Assembly: GCA_016209275.1 (NCBI GenBank)
Contig: JACQWM010000007.1
Span: 6,865 to 70,864, forward strand
Source of the DNA: Candidatus Omnitrophota bacterium
GTDB lineage: Bacteria; Omnitrophota; Gorgyraeia; Aquiviventales; Aquiviventaceae
Direction of reading: 5' to 3'
DNA length: 64,000 nucleotides
Below are positions 63,642-64,000 of this stretch, piece after piece. The translations under genes were made by a program, and so were the position numbers. A model generated the notes under the pieces. That model was not told the DNA's origin, ran no database searches, and saw nothing but the letters and a program-made list of their open reading frames with translations. The first letter of the stretch is position 1, and each line of letters opens with the position of its first letter.

Positions 63642-64000
63642 TTATGCTCGACGACGGCGACCGGCCTTGCCGCTGATCACCGGGGCCTTCCGACGGAGAA
63701 TAAACATGCTCACCATGCCGGCAACGACCACGAGGAATCCGGCGTAGACCAGCGGCGTGCCGGGATCGTTGCGCACCGACAGCACGGTGGTCTGCGTGGG
63801 GCCGTCAATGTAGCTGGATTGATAAAAATGGTAGCCGCGGTAGCGCAGCGGGTTATTCATGCTGATTTTTTTCATGAGGATCACGCCGCGCTCAGGATCA
63901 GAGAGCTGCACATCCGCCTCGAATCCGGAGGCCATTGAGGTGCCAGGATAGGTGATCTTGCGAAAATCCAACAGCTTGATCGTCACCGGCAGTTTGCGCT
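63642..64000 (-). CDS. resB: cytochrome c biogenesis protein ResB/Ccs1, C-terminal part (continues beyond window)
   Basis: C-terminal ResB-type segment (…NNPLRYRGYHFYQSSY…) then the final TM. The ORF is open at the window edge, directly upstream of ccsA. Confidence 0.7.
   Translation of the reverse strand, partial: RKLPVTIKLLDFRKITYPGTSMASGFEADVQLSDPERGVILMKKISMNNPLRYRGYHFYQSSYIDGPTQTTVLSVRNDPGTPLVYAGFLVVVAGMVSMFILRRKAPVISGKAGRRRRA

Noticed and set aside
1-64000. Search for tRNA/rRNA genes, transposases, integrases, toxin-antitoxin pairs or known defence-system genes
   Set aside because: No ORF has nuclease, helicase, transposase or integrase hallmarks, and no tRNA-like cloverleaf signature was spotted in the intergenic regions. 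The window looks like core chromosome, although its repeat families could still be mobile.

Overview
This is a 64 kb high-GC (about 63-65%) bacterial chromosomal segment. It is densely coding and has no recognisable transposase, integrase, tRNA/rRNA gene or CRISPR array.

Identifiable content:
- A respiratory complex I (nuo) locus, split into a minus-strand nuoA-B-C-D-(E+F fused)-G-H-I block and a convergent plus-strand nuoM-nuoN pair. nuoJ, nuoK and nuoL are not in the window.
- A sulfur/tetrapyrrole cluster: a MoeZ-type E1/rhodanese, a DsrE-like protein, a ferredoxin-type sulfite/nitrite reductase, a fused siroheme decarboxylase AhbA/B, an aldo-keto reductase and a small radical-SAM protein.
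- A 7.4 kb two-component signalling island with two tandemly duplicated multi-TM sensor kinases, a REC-HK-degenerate GGDEF-REC hybrid and three stand-alone receivers.
- A Bat/MoxR-type cluster (MoxR AAA+ ATPase, DUF58 and two VWA proteins) that also carries a GT2/O-antigen-ligase fusion and a Q/N-rich membrane protein.
- A gldA/gldF/gldG-like ABC cluster with a DUF4340 gene.
- An ECF sigma/anti-sigma pair immediately followed by a secreted protein built from about 25 DRRED(V/I)(K/R) heptad repeats plus a Gly-rich tail.
- A second sulfite/nitrite reductase paralog next to system II cytochrome c biogenesis genes (ccsA and a partial resB).

The most striking unexplained signal is at the DNA level. 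There are at least three families of AT-rich, hairpin-forming intergenic repeats: GATATCAGATAT palindromes (6 copies), arrays of inverted CCAA heptamers (2 copies) and CATGAC-heptamer inverted repeats (2 copies). Several of them sit inside operons or directly in front of start codons.

I could not assign a lineage with confidence. The gene set is compatible with a Nitrospirota- or Deltaproteobacteria-like organism, but that is inference only.
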